This document shows, one piece after another, positions 39,106 through 52,281 of a stretch of 64,000 nucleotides of DNA. The stretch covers positions 6,138,001 to 6,202,000 of the forward strand of contig OY740797.1 of NCBI GenBank assembly GCA_963514005.1. Reading direction: 5' to 3'. This DNA is from Raja brachyura (lineage: Eukaryota). Numbering within the stretch: position 1 is the stretch's first letter; every line of letters begins with the position of its first letter. The notes under the pieces are model-generated. The model made no database searches. It was given only the letters and a program-made list of their open reading frames with translations, and was not told the DNA's origin. The position numbers and the translations under genes are program-made.

Positions 39106-39201
39106 ATAATTCAGAATCAAGACCTTACAAACAATGTTTTGAATCGAGAGCGTGCAATGAAAAAATCTCTTCAAATATAACGACCAGATCGAAGAATAAA
39201 G
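39106..39201 (+). CDS. CYLD: CYLD linker exon: DNSESRPYKQCFESRACNEKISSNITTRSKNK
   Basis: TTTCAG/GTAGGA sites, phase 1/1, open frame, weak similarity to human ERRPPKLAFMSRG. Confidence 0.8.
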
Positions 39202-39828
39202 GTAGGAGTCGCTCTCTGTTCCATTCCACACTGTGAAGGATCCACCTTCAAATGCCATGATGTGACGTTGAGAGAAGATTTAATTCTAGCCTCTGTGGAT
39301 ATAAAGAACTTATTTCCCGAAGGGCTTATTAATAAGTGGCATATGTTTTGGGTAATTAGTAGGTTGAGGGATAATATTTGCCATGGAAAGTGGTGGAGAT
39401 CTGAAACTCAGTACCTTAAATTGTGCTATCATGTCTAACAAGTGCTTGGAGTGTGCAGGTGCCCAAATCTGCAAGGCTACTGCGTGTAGGAAAGAACTGC
39501 AGATGCTAGATTATACTGAAGATAGACACTAAATGCTGGAGTAATTCTGCGGGACAGGCAGGAAGGAACTGCAGATGCTGGTTTACACCAAAGATAGACA
39601 CAAAAAGCTGGAGTAACTCAGCGGGACAGGCAGCATCTCTGGAGAGAAGGAGTGGGTGATGTTTCGGATTTGAAGAAGGGTCTCGAACAGAAACGTCACC
39701 CATTCCTTCTCTCCAGAGATGCTGCCTGCCCCGCAGAGTTACTCTAGCTTTTTGTGTCTATGAAATGGAGTAGGTGATGTTTGGGTCGGATTGGAGTCTG
39801 CGGAGGTTTCTGATCCGAAAAGCACCTA

Positions 39829-40325
39829 CAGTGCCCCCCATATTGCTTGGGACAAAGACCCATCATTTATTTATTTGCCTCTGTACTCTGCGATTTGAGA
39901 TTTGTAATAGAAAAAATCACATGTGGTTAAAGTGCACATTGTCAGATTTTAATAAAGGCCATTTTTATACATTTTGGTTTCACCATGTAGAAATTACAGC
40001 AGTGTTTATACATAGTCCCCCCGTTTCAGGGCACCATAATGTTTGGGACACAACAATGTCATGTGAATGAAAGTAGTCATGTTTAGTATTTTGTTGCATA
40101 TCCTGTGCATGCAATGACTGCTTGAAGTCTGTGATTTGTGGACATCACCAGTTGCTGGGTGTCTTCTCTGGTGATGCTCTGCCAGGCCTGTATTGACTTG
40201 GCCACTCAAGAATTGACCATTTTTTAGCTTTGATAAACTCCTTTGTTGCTTTAGCAGTATGTTTGGGATCATTGTGTTGCTGTAGAATGAACCGCCGGCC
40301 AATAAGTTTTGAGGCATTTGTTTCA
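39829..40325 (-). mobile_element. Tc1 DNA transposon remnant (IR-DR type end + transposase fragment)
   Basis: TA|CAGTG terminus, inner direct repeat CATAATGTTTGGGAC (~40035); minus strand encodes [37 protein letters not shown] (Tc1 QDNDPKH...WPSQ). Confidence 0.85.
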
Positions 40326-41053
40326 ATTTGAGCATCTGCAGTTCTTTGTTTTTACTCTCTGAGAATTTATTGTTCAGTTTTCTGCAAATCACAGTGGTCT
40401 GTCAATATATGTAGCGTATTTTTTGACTCGCTGAGTGCAGACTCTTTAAACTTAGCAGGTGCACAAGGCATTTACAAAATGTTCTAATGTTTTCAAAAAA
40501 GGTTAGCAGGTGTAAATGTGTTAATAATGAGTGAATCGATGGCGCTATATTTAAAAAGTGGATCAACCGATCTATACTCATTAACAATGTTAAATGAATC
40601 TACTAATTTAAGCACTCAAATAAAATGGCATAATGTTTTTTTAATTTATTATCAAATTAATCATTTAATTAGATTGGCAATGCTATAGAATGATCATCGT
40701 TTTGTTCATCTATGTTAATCTAGCTTGTTCATAATAAATGGCTTCAGTATGTCTTTCCAATTCCCTTTCCATTTTTGGCAGTTTGAGTCATACAGCATGG
40801 AAACAGGCCCTTTGTTCCAACTTTTCCACACTGACCTCGTGGCCCATCTACACTGGTCCCACATGCCTGTGTTTGGCCTGTGTTCCTCTAAACCCATCCT
40901 ATCCATGCATCTGTCTAAATGTTTCTTAAATATTGCGATAGTACCTGCCTCACCTACTGCCTCCGGCAGCTAGTGCCACACACCCATTACCCTTTGTGCA
41001 AAAAAAAGTTACCCCTCAGGTTCCTATTGAATCTTTCCGCTCTCACTTTAAAC

Positions 41054-41480
41054 CAGTGGTTCTTAACCTTTTTGGCACCATCATCGGCAGTCACTCGAAA
41101 TGAGTATGACTGTCCTCTCCTCTCCATAGGGTCGTCTACTTGTGGGTCTGTGGAGGCTGATCCGCGATCCACACACCTCGATGCAACGTGGGCAGTGGAG
41201 ACTGGCGGTGGTTGGCAGTCGTCGAGCCCCCTTCTCTGTCTCCTTACGGTGCTGTCGCTTTGTCTCTGCGACATGGCGTAGTTCCATTTCGTGAAGTGCA
41301 GCTCCTTCCTGCACGGAGCATTTGGAATGGCATACGTAGGCGCATACACGAGCAAAACACTGTATGTGGTATGTACCTTTGTTAGGTTCCTAAAAATGGG
41401 CTCAACAAATGGATATGTTATTTATGACCCCTTCATGTCCCCTGGTAAAGCCCCAAACGACCCCACGTTAAGAACCACTG
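41054..41480. mobile_element. hAT (Charlie-like) MITE inside a CR1 remnant
   Basis: TIR CAGTGGTTCTTAAC; perfect 8-bp TSD CTTTAAAC. Confidence 0.9.
41079..41345 (-). mobile_element. RTE-clade LINE 3' end nested in the hAT MITE
   Basis: ORF 41081-41314 ends in HCPRCIEVCGSRISLH (RTE C-terminal C..C.SRIGL.SH motif); short (GAT)n tail. Confidence 0.7.
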
Positions 41481-41628
41481 CTTTAAACCTATGTCCTCTG
41501 TTTTTACTACCTTGTTTCTTCCAAAGTCAAGTATACATCCAGTAAATTGTTTTATAATTGTTCTACATGTTACCAACCATTGGAAATGTGTTGATCTTTA
41601 ATGTAGGATTTAACTTTGTCATCGGCAG

Positions 41629-41754
41629 GGCTTGTTTCACAACCAGGAAAATCTCCAGGCCATAATCTGAGCCGGTCAGAGTTACGCTGCACGTTAAATG
41701 GCACATCGGTTGACTCACAAACAAAATCCAAAAGTACATGGTATATCGATGAAG
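41629..41754 (+). CDS. CYLD: CYLD linker exon: [42 protein letters not shown]
   Basis: GCAG/GTACTG sites; matches human RSELFYTLNGSSVDSQ...TWYIDE. Confidence 0.92.
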
Positions 41755-43430
41755 GTACTGAACGTGACGCCACCAGATTTTATCTGCACATTGGGGGTGG
41801 AACAGCAGCGCACCATTTTGTGCTGCTATAGCAACTCTCCAGTGACCTAGGTTACATCTTGACCTCTGTGGAGTCTGCGTGTCTATTTCTTCTGGGTGCT
41901 CAGATTTCATACCAGTGCACGGTGACTTGCTGACTTTCAGCGCCAGTGACCTGTGTTCGATCCTGACCACGGGTGCTGTCTGTGCGGAGTTCGTGCGTTC
42001 TTCCTGTGACCGTGTAGGTTTTCTTCCGATGCTCCGGTTTTCTCCCACATTCCAAAGACTCGCGGATTTGTTGGTTAACTGGCTTGTATAAATTGCCCCC
42101 GGTGTGTATGACAGGGAACTAGTTTACGGGTCGATGTGGACCTGGTGGGCCAAAGGGCCAGTTTCCACACTGTATCTTTAAACATAAACAAAGATAAATA
42201 TCACATGCAAATGCTGGTTGGTGGTTTAATTGGACCCTTTGGAGAGGAATTCTGTTCTAAGCATCAATTATCTAGTTTACACACGGCTCCAGATTCACAT
42301 CAATGCGATTGATCCTTAACCGCCCAAGCAAGCTGCTAATGTTTTATTCAAAACATAAATAAAAATTCAGGGGACAATCTGACATTAACTTAGGCTCCTG
42401 GCTGGACAAAGGGCCACCTGGCCAATTCAACCCCCAATAGTCATTTACATCGAGTACCTGTCAACAACTGGGAGTGGTGTCCCATAACGTTGACAATTAT
42501 TCTCACAGTATCACATCTTTCAAGTATATTTTTCTGACGTACTTTCATATTCACTTTTGTGAAGGCTGCTATTGAATTGGCTTTCATCACTTGCTTAACA
42601 AGGCACCTCGGATCACAATAACAAAGTATTAATAGATTTTTTTTGTGTTGTGCCAGCTTCTGGTTCTTTTGTATTAACATAATTTGCTGGCATTTCTGTG
42701 GTTTGTTAGTTTAGTTTAGAGATACAGCGCGGAAACAGGCCCTTCGGCCCACTGGGTCCGTGCCGACCAGAGACCCTCACACATTAACACTATCCTGCAC
42801 CCACTAGGGACAATTTTTTCATTTGCCAAGCCAATTAACCGACAACCCTGTACGTCTTTGGGATGTGGGAGGAAACCAAAGATCTCGGAGAAAACCCACG
42901 CAGGTCACGGGGAGAACGTACAAACTCTGTACGGACAGCACCCGTAGTTGGGATCGAACCCGGGTCTCCGCTGTTGCATTCGCTGTAAGGCAGCAACTCT
43001 ACCGCTGCGCCACCATCACCAAAAACCTCAGGATTTTTGTTCAGGCAGTTAAAAATTTATGTTATCCTTATCGAAAATAGACACAAAATGCCGGAGTAAC
43101 TCTGCGGGTCAGGCAGCATCTTTAGAGAGAAGGAATAGGTGACGTTTATAGGGTCGGAACCCTTCTTGACACTTTCCGACACGAAACGTCACCTATTCCT
43201 CTCCAGAGATGCTGCCTGTCCCGCTGAGTTACTGCTGCACTTTGTGTCTATTTTCAGTATAAACCGGCAACTGCCATTCATTTCCTTTACTTATCTTTGC
43301 AATTCTTCACATTTTCTTCACTACAACTAAAGACTGATTCACATCCAATCCATATTTCACAATTGTTCCACCGCTTTTATTGAAAATACATTAGAATACA
43401 TTGTAAGGTAATTTTCTTTCATCTTTTTAG

Positions 43431-43798
43431 GTGAAGATTCAGCAAAATCACTAGTGGATACGCAGCCAAACTTGAGTCAGTCGCCACCCTCATCGTCGCT
43501 TCAAGCCTCGCTCTCAAATGAAAATAAATTTCATTCCTTGCCCTTCAGCCTCACCAAAAAGCCAAGTGTAAATGGAAGCATTGGCCATCCCCTCTCCTTG
43601 TCTGTTCAGTCAGTAATGATGGATGTGAATACCGGTGCAAGCCAAGATACTGAAGTCGTTAGAGTGCCATTCAAAGAACAGCCCGGCTTGGAGGAGGGCT
43701 CGTTGGTACAAGTAAAGGAAAATCCCCCTCTATATGGAGTGATACGCTGGATTGGTCAGCCTCTTGGAGTTAATGAGCAGATTGCTGGACTTGAACTT
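43431..43798 (+). CDS. CYLD: CYLD exon (serine phospho-cluster, TRAF2-binding region, CAP-Gly3 start)
   Basis: GEDSAKSL...[13 protein letters not shown]...[11 protein letters not shown]...[17 protein letters not shown]...AGLEL|GTAAGT. Confidence 0.96.
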
Positions 43799-44128
43799 GT
43801 AAGTAGAATGGACATAATCTTATTGTAAAATTGGTGAGGCAGATCATGCTGTAGCGTGGACCTGCTATCTTGGAAGGATTGCACAAACCCACCCTCTGCA
43901 CCCACGAGGCAGTCTGCATGGCAGAATGGCTCTTGGTGGTGACTGAGGCTCGAGCATTGGGCTTTACTCTAGAACTTGACGTGGTGGCTATTAACTGCTC
44001 AACATTGTCAATGGTTCAATGGTACTTTATTGTCATGTGTACCCAAGTGAAATTCTCCTTTTGCATACAGTTCAGTGACAATCCTACTGTACATTGGGCA
44101 CAACCACGCTAAGCATAACAGTGTGTTA

Positions 44129-44987
44129 AGGGCCTGTCCCACTTATAACCATATAACCATATAATAACCATATAACAATTACAGCACGGAAACAGGCCTT
44201 CTCGGCCCTTCCAGTCCGTGCCGACCATTTATTTTCCCCTAGTCCCATCTACCTGCACTCAGACCATACCCCTCCATTCCCTTCCCGTCCATATACCTAT
44301 CCACTTTACTTTTAAATGTTAAAATCGATCCTGCCTCCACCACTTCTGCAGGAAGATCATTCCACACAGCCACCACTCTCTGAGTAAAGAAGTTCCCCCT
44401 CCTGTTACGCCTAAACTTCTGTCCCTTAATTCTCATGTCATGCCCTCTTGTTTGAATCTTCCCTACCCTCAATGGGAAAAGCTTATCCACGTCAACTCTG
44501 TCTATCCCTTTCATCATTTTAAAGACCTCAATCAAGTCCCCCCTTAACCTTAACTTACATGCGATTGCATGCGTTTGGCACGACCAAACGGAAGCGGAGT
44601 TCGCGCTAAGTACGCGCGTGACGTAATTCGCGTCATACTCACCAATCAGCTGGGCAGGAGGCGGGCTGGCTGAATATGGGCGTCGCACGTCATCACGCAA
44701 CGCCACGCGCCAGGCGTACGGCGTCAAGACGCTGCGTACGACGTGAAGACGCTGCTTGCACCATCAAGACGCTGTGTACGCCCTCAATGCGCCTGCGGGC
44801 CGACAGGCCATTGGTACGCGAAATGTTCGGACAGTGCGGGATTTTCAGAGCCCCGAGCGATGTCGGGACCAGCCCCGCACAACTCCATACGCCTCCGCGC
44901 TTCGAAGTGGGACCGGCCCCGTGCGGCCCGTACGCCTCAAGCGACCATGTTTGATCGCGCCAGACGCATGCAAGTGGGACAGGCCCT
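44129..44987. mobile_element. PIF/Harbinger-like MITE interrupted by a CR1 fragment (44146-44552, -)
   Basis: TIR AGGGCCTGTCCCACTT..CATGCG, TWA flanks; CR1 with (TTATATGG)n tail and TSD ACTTA. Confidence 0.8.
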
Positions 44988-46486
44988 TAAGGTAGTAGAA
45001 TACAACTGAGCCATGTTTTAGGTGCCATCTTGTACCTTACGAGTCCAAAATTAAAAATAAATGTTGTGTCTTAGCTTGGCCATAAAAGCCCGCTGTCTTG
45101 ACGGCAGCACTGGCTCAGAGTTGCAGGGGTCAGCCTGGCTTGGCAATGTGTCGATGTCCTCCTCCTCCGCTCCAAGTATTAGATATTAATTAATTAAAAA
45201 CATGAAGTGAAATGACTAGGATCTCCTTCCACAGTGACAGTGACTCCATTTGTATGCCATTCATCCCTGCTTTAATATTGAAAGACTAAAGGAAAAATGC
45301 ATCTTTTGCAAATTATCCCCAGTGTGTAGGATAAAACACATGTGCTCAGTGGGCCGAAGGGTCGGTTTCCATGCTGCAGCTCAAAACATAATTAAACTAA
45401 AAGCCTACTTTAATAAAACCTTGGCTTGGTTTAGAAAAACAATATTTTAGTAGGAAAAATATTGATGATTGTTTGCCTTAAGATTTTATTCCCAAATTTT
45501 TTCCTTTCTGTATTTAATATTTGTGGCAATATCATTGGGAGTGCCTATTTTCCCCCCAAAAAAGACACAAAATGCTGGAGTAACGGAGCAGGTCAGGCAG
45601 CATCTCTGGAGAATATGGATAGGTGCCATCTTTTGTCTTTTCGCCTCCGGGCTTTGTCCAACCATCTGCTTATCAAACCTGCAACCCCTCATCTGTATCC
45701 ACCTATCACTCGCCAGGCTTTGTCCTGCACCTTCTCTTTTCCAGCTTTCTCTTCCCACCACAATTAGTCTGAAGAAGGCTCCGACCCAAAATATCACCGA
45801 CCCATGTTCTCCAGAGATGTTGCCTGACCCGCTGAGTAACTCCAGCACTTTGTGTCTCCTTAAATTAATTGATCTCGATGCACTGAAGTTAAGCATTGAT
45901 TGCAGAGGTGAAAGAAAGGCCATTGTTTAATTGTCCCCTCTGTAAAGAGAAAATGAATTTATTTAATTGCATCAATGTCAACTATGCCAGGGTGACCAAG
46001 TCCTGTGCAGCCCATTAAGTCTTTTAAAAAAAAATTATTCTAGTGACTGTTGTAAAGCAGGGAAGCAAGGTATTCAATTCAAACCCCCTACAAGTAGCTA
46101 TCTGATAAAGACTAGCCATAGCTGAGGGATAAACTGAAGGGTCTCAACCCGAAATGTCGCCTATTCCTTTGCTCCATAGATGCTGCCTCACCCACTGAGT
46201 TTCTCCAGCATTTTTGTCTAGTTAAGTACTTTGTTTCCTTTGCATGGGAGTGTCAATCTAGAATTTTTAACACACTAGTGGGACATGAATCAACAGCCAT
46301 CTGACTGAGAGTTGAGGCAATTTTCACTGAGTGAACTCCTCAATATTTTTGAACTGAAAATGGATGAGAATTCCCATTCAACCAATTGTCAGCAGTCGAT
46401 AAATACAACTCTCACCGTTATAGGAGTGGAGCTGCTGCTGTTCTTAATTTAACAAATGATGGTTGTAAATTATTGTCTTTATTCAG

Positions 46487-46652
46487 GAAGAGGAAAGTGC
46501 AGGCTGCACAGACGGCACCTTCAAAGGAGTGCGGTACTTTGCGTGTGCTTCAAAGAAGGCGTTATTTGTCAAGCTTAAAAGCTGCCGACCTGATTCAAGA
46601 TTTGCATCGTTGCCTCATCACGCCAATCAGATTGAAAGATGCAATTCAATCG
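46487..46652 (+). CDS. CYLD: CYLD exon (CAP-Gly3 end)
   Basis: [42 protein letters not shown]...NQIERCNSI; 166 bp. Confidence 0.96.
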
Positions 46653-47387
46653 GTATTGTTTTTGGATGTCATTTTGCCTTTCCATTGCGCATGTTTTTCC
46701 TGTGTCTTTTGACGTTTCCAGTCAATATTTCTTCTGTGTGCTTTCCATAATGCCGCATTGTCTCTCACTGATTCAGATCAAGCTTCCTGACTAGATTAAT
46801 TTAAAGTTAAAGTTATTTTTTATGTTAACATTTTTTTAACGCGCTATGGAATAGACAATAGTTCTTTATTTGTCACATTTGCAACTGCAGAGTGAAATTC
46901 ATTTTGCCTATAGTATACATGAGGGCATCGCCGTTTTTGGCGGCATTATTCAAAGTCCGGTCGGCCCGCGTGCTCGATATACTGGAACAGTTCCCGCAAA
47001 CCAACGCCATCTCCTGGCCAACTTTGTATCCTAGGGCACCTCGTACAGCCTGCCTGAAGGCGCTGGAGGAATTACTTCAGTTCACCCTCCTACCAGCCCT
47101 TGCTCCTCGCGTCTAATTTGCAATTGTTTATCTATATCTGCACACTAAATTGTTCTTTAAATTCACAAAAGGGCACAAAGTGCTGGAGTAACTTAACGGG
47201 GCAAGCAGCATCTCTGGAGAACATGGATAGGCAAGGTTTGCGTTGCGACTCTGCTTCAGCCCGGAGAACAGTCTCGACCCAAAACATGACCTAACCATGT
47301 TCTCCAGCGATGCTGCCAGACCTGCTGAGTTACTCCCAACAAAATTCTTTAAATTCACTGAATTCTATGCTATGCATTTCTTGTTAA

Positions 47388-47576
<189 letters not shown>

Positions 47577-48362
47577 TAAGCATTTGCAGTCACATTTGCA
47601 GTATGCGGTTCTGAACTTGAAGTGCGCTTTCCTCCTGACCTAGTTTCTCATTAATAGGTTCATAAGTTATAAGAGCAGAATTTGGCCATTTCCATCATCA
47701 AGTCTGCTCCTCTATTCAATCATGGCTGATCAGTTGTTCCCTCTCAACCCCCTTCCTCAGCCTTCTTCCCATAACCCTCGACACCCCGTACTAATGAAGA
47801 ATCTGTAAATCTCCGCCTTAAACATCTCCATTGACTTGGCCTCCACAGCTGTCTAGCAATGAATTCCACAGATTCACCACCCTCTGACTAAAGAAATTCC
47901 TCTTCCAACTCCATTGTAAAAGTACATCCTTTTATTCCAAGGCTATGGCCTCTGGTGCCAGACTCTCCCACTAGTGGAAACATCCGCTCTATCCGGGCCT
48001 CTCACTATTCTGTAGGTTTCAGAGGTTCCCCCCCATACTTCTAAACATCAGTGAGCGCAGGCCCAGTGCCGTTAAACGCTCATCATATTGGTAACCCAAT
48101 CATTCTGAGACTGCATGGGCAAATATAACATCTTTTTTGGCATCACCTAACCCTTTCCTTCTGTCCTGGTCCTCAGATTGGAAGGACATTAACCAAAGAT
48201 CATTGCGATGGTGGGGTGGCAGAGGCATAGATACTGGTTACTGTACAGTGATGGAAAAAGATTGATCTCAGTAATATGTGACACATTCATAGCTGAAACA
48301 GTATGGAGTGGTGCGAAAATTGTAAATCCTTCCTCATGGTCTAATATTTATTTTCTCCACAG

Positions 48363-48485
48363 TATGTTTGCTTTTAGTTCGGTATTAGATACTGTACTGC
48401 TCAGGCCTAAAGAAAAGGATGATGTTGAATTTTACACTGAAACTCAAGATTTGCTCAGGACAGAAATAGTCAATCCTTTGAGAAA
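48363..48485 (+). CDS. CYLD: CYLD USP exon: [40 protein letters not shown]
   Basis: CCACAG/GTAAGT sites; 123 bp. Confidence 0.97.
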
Positions 48486-49174
48486 GTAAGTGCAGCGTAT
48501 TTTCATGCCCTTCGTGTCTTACACTTAATATATAAATATTTATAGAAACCTAATTGAACTACTTTGCATTCCAGAAATAATTGAAGCCTAAAACAGAATT
48601 GTATGTCTTGGGAAGGCATGTTTGGGGACAGCACAGTGGCACAGCGGTAGAGCTGCTGCCTTACAGCCCAAGAGATCCAGGTTCGATCCTGGTCTGTGCG
48701 GATTTTGTACGTACACCCTGTGGGTTTTCTCCGGTTTCTCTGGTTTCCTCCTGCATTGTAAAGACGTGCTGGTTTGTAAGTTAATGGGCTTCTCTACAAA
48801 TTGCTCCCAGTATGTAGGTTGCAAAATTTGGGATGACTCGTATACCGGTGATCGATGGTCGATCGATGGTCGGTGTGGATTCGACGGGCCAAATGGCCTG
48901 TTTCCATTCTGTGCCTCTAAACTAAAACCAAAATCTTCATTGACATGGAGTCACAAGCAAATGCAAACTGCTGAGGAATGTTAACTTGAAAATGTGTTTT
49001 TGGTCCTTGGGAATGTAATAAATATCTAGTAGACTGTTTCTGTCAGAGAATGTGATTTCTAAATTTTCAAAAACTTTTTTAACTTGTTGAAAATCATGTA
49101 GGATTTGGATTATTTGAAGAAAACGTTTGATTTATTTTCGCCGTGTGGTATGGCGTACTGCAGTCCTTAATTAA

Positions 49175-49408
<234 letters not shown>

Positions 49409-51327
49409 TAGGCGCCGACTATCCGACCATGGAGCAGGTAGCATGGGATTACATGGTACCCGTGGCGGGGGGGAACTGACCCCGCCACGGGTAAAGCTTG
49501 TTTAAAATGAGAGGTGTTACAGTAGAGTGTCTCTAGGATTCATTGTGTGTATTCTATACTTTTGCAATTAAGGAGCAATTTTAAAATAGATGACATTTTC
49601 AAAGTTAGACACAGAATGCTGTAGTAACTCACAGGATCAGGCAGCATCTCTGGAGAAAAGGCATAAGGGACGTTTCAGGTTGAAACCTTTTCTGACTTTC
49701 AGACGACCCAATACATCACCTACTCGTTTTCTCCAGAGATGCTGCCTGACCCACTGAGTTACTCCAGCATTTTGTGCCCATCTTCGGTGTAAGCTAGCAT
49801 CTGCAGTTCCTTTCTACACATTTTCAAAGGACTACCCCTGCATTGCAGCAGTGTTCAATTCGATAAAGAACTCACAAGGAACTGCAGATGCTGGAATCTT
49901 GAGCAAAACACAAAGTGCCGGAGGAACTTGGTGGGTCAGGCTATATCCGTGGAGGGAATAGACACATGGCTGACGGAGTACGGGGGAGAAATCCTGCTTT
50001 CACCCGCCCCGCTCCGTCAATCTGAAGAAGGGTTCCAACGTCATCAGTCTTTTCCCTCTGCAGATGCTGCCTGACCCACTGAGTTCCTCCAGCCTTTTGT
50101 GTTTTGCTTTGAATTCTATGAATTTTTTCCCATTAGACATAAGCTTCACAATATTTTAAGTAGTTTGTTAAACTGTTATGAAACCATTATGTAACATTTT
50201 ATACATTACATTGTGATTTTGCTATTATCTTTGAAAGTATTTAATTGCATCAGATCTATAGACAATAGGAGCAGGAGTAGGCCATTCGGCCCTTCGAGCC
50301 AGCACCACCATTCAATGTGATCATGGCTGATCATCCAGAATCAGGACCTCTTTCCTGCTTTCTCCCCATATCCCCTGACTCCGCTATCTTTAAGAGCTCT
50401 CTTGTAAGTATCCAGAGAACTCGCCTCCACCGCCCTCTGAGGCAGAGAATTCCACAGACTCACAACTCTCTGTGTGAAAAAGTGTTTCCTCATCTCCATT
50501 CTAAATGGCATACCCCTTACTCTTAAACGGTGGCCCCTGGTTCTAGAGCCAGATGAGTTAATTATTACATACACTGGGGTGCAATGAAATTTCTTGTTCT
50601 CATGAAGCTCATAGAGTACCTAGAATAAATGTTATAGATACAATGAAGAATGCAAAACAGCAAAGTGGTGCAAAGATTGCCGTTTATTATCCTTGAAAAT
50701 ATTTCCTTCTGCTCCTGATTCACGAGTGGTGCAGACATCCCAAACACATTTTTCAACCAATTGAATTTTGCTTAAAGAACACTTTTAGGATTCACAATGT
50801 GCCAGTCACTGTAATTCAGACTTACAGTAAAATGTCCATGATTTGTCTGTATCTTTGTTGGTCAGAATCAATCTTGGAAGTCTTCCTGTGGTGTAATCTA
50901 CTGTATTCCTGCAGCTTTGTGCTTTGCATTTATTCACTAAGCACTTTGGTTGAGATATTTAACATTTTAAGTATTTCCATCAAAGTCCAGATTTGATTCA
51001 AACTGCCCTAGAAATATAGACGGTCACAAAGTGCTGCAGTAACTCAGCGGGTCAGGCAGCATCCATGGAGGTACATTAGCAAGTACTATCACAACGTTTT
51101 AGCAACTGCTCTAGCAACATTTAAGAAACATTTAGGCAGGTACATGGATAGGACAGGTTTAGAGGGAAATGGACCAAAAGCAGGCAGGTGGGACGAGTGT
51201 AGATGGAGCATGTTGGTCGGAGTGGGCAAGTGAGGCCAAAAGTCCTGTTTCCATGCTGTATGACTCTATGACGATATCAATATTTATGTGATGGTCATTT
51301 GGGTAATTACCGACATGTACATACTGA

Positions 51328-51471
<144 letters not shown>

Positions 51472-51553
51472 TAGGCACATTTGTTTCTGTATCAAACTTT
51501 GGATTCATCATTATATGTTAGAGTTTTCTGCTTGGGCACTCCTTCACCCACAG

Positions 51554-51655
51554 TTTAATCATTTTTGATACAAAACATTAAGCTAAATTGCTTCCGCCTA
51601 AACAAAAGGATGATGTTACTTTGCTCAGAACAGAAACAGTCTATGTTTGGAGTAG
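51554..51655 (+). pseudogene. Degenerate duplicate (pseudo-exon) of CYLD exon 48363-48485
   Basis: CCACAG acceptor, GCCTAAACAAAAGGATGATGTT and TTGCTCAGAACAGAAACAGTC blocks, 21-nt deletion, in-frame TAA, donor mutated to ATAAGT. Confidence 0.75.
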
Positions 51656-52065
51656 ATAAGTAGAATTTAAAAGCTTAGTGTTTTGACCACTTACATGTGC
51701 AATTATAGCAGCACATTGGTTGAATTTTTCTCTTCCCTTTCTCATATTCAAAATATTTTAAAAAGAGTAAGCAAATGTACTTGTCCGCAGTGTTTTCATA
51801 TTCCAAATTTCTAAACATGCCTGATGAAACTTGGCCACATGTACAGCGCAAACATTGTGGGCCGAAGGGCCTGTTCCTGTGCTGTACTGTTCCCCGGGCT
51901 GTCACCATTTAATCACTTGGCAAATGTGTCAACAAATTTGAAAGGCAGTTCACTTATGTGTGGAGCCTCGGGATGAGAGTGAAATCCTAAAGGAATATTT
52001 CTCATTCGGTATTTACCAGGGAGAAGGACGTGGAAGCTGGAGATTATAGGGACTATATACCAATG

Positions 52066-52281
52066 CAGGTGCTCCCCGATTTACGATGTTTCGACTTGCG
52101 ATATTTCGACTTGCGATATTTCGACTTTACGATCGGCAGACGCTCGGCAACAGCAGCGAGCCGCGCGTCACATCCGGTCACGTGATTGCAATATATCGCA
52201 ATGCGTTTTCGGCTTGCGATATTTTCGGTTTAGGGTGGGTTTTATCGGAATGTTACCCCATCGTAGGTCGAGGAGCAGCTG
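52066..52281. mobile_element. Tigger/pogo-type MITE (MER47/Tigger5-like)
   Basis: TIRs CAGGTGCTCCCCGATTTACGAT / ATCGTAGGTCGAGGAGCAGCTG|TA; internal TTTCGACTTGCGATA repeats. Confidence 0.7.

Noticed and set aside
31700-40325. Composite Tc1 transposon capturing CYLD exons between two TIRs
   Set aside because: The two ends face away from each other, so they do not bracket the exons as one element.
41607-41628. Upstream alternative acceptor for the CYLD linker exon
   Set aside because: It adds 22 nt and shifts the frame; 41629 fits phase and homology.
49163-49172. U12-type branch site TCCTTAAT
   Set aside because: The intron donor is GTAAGT (U2 type), not GTATCCTT.
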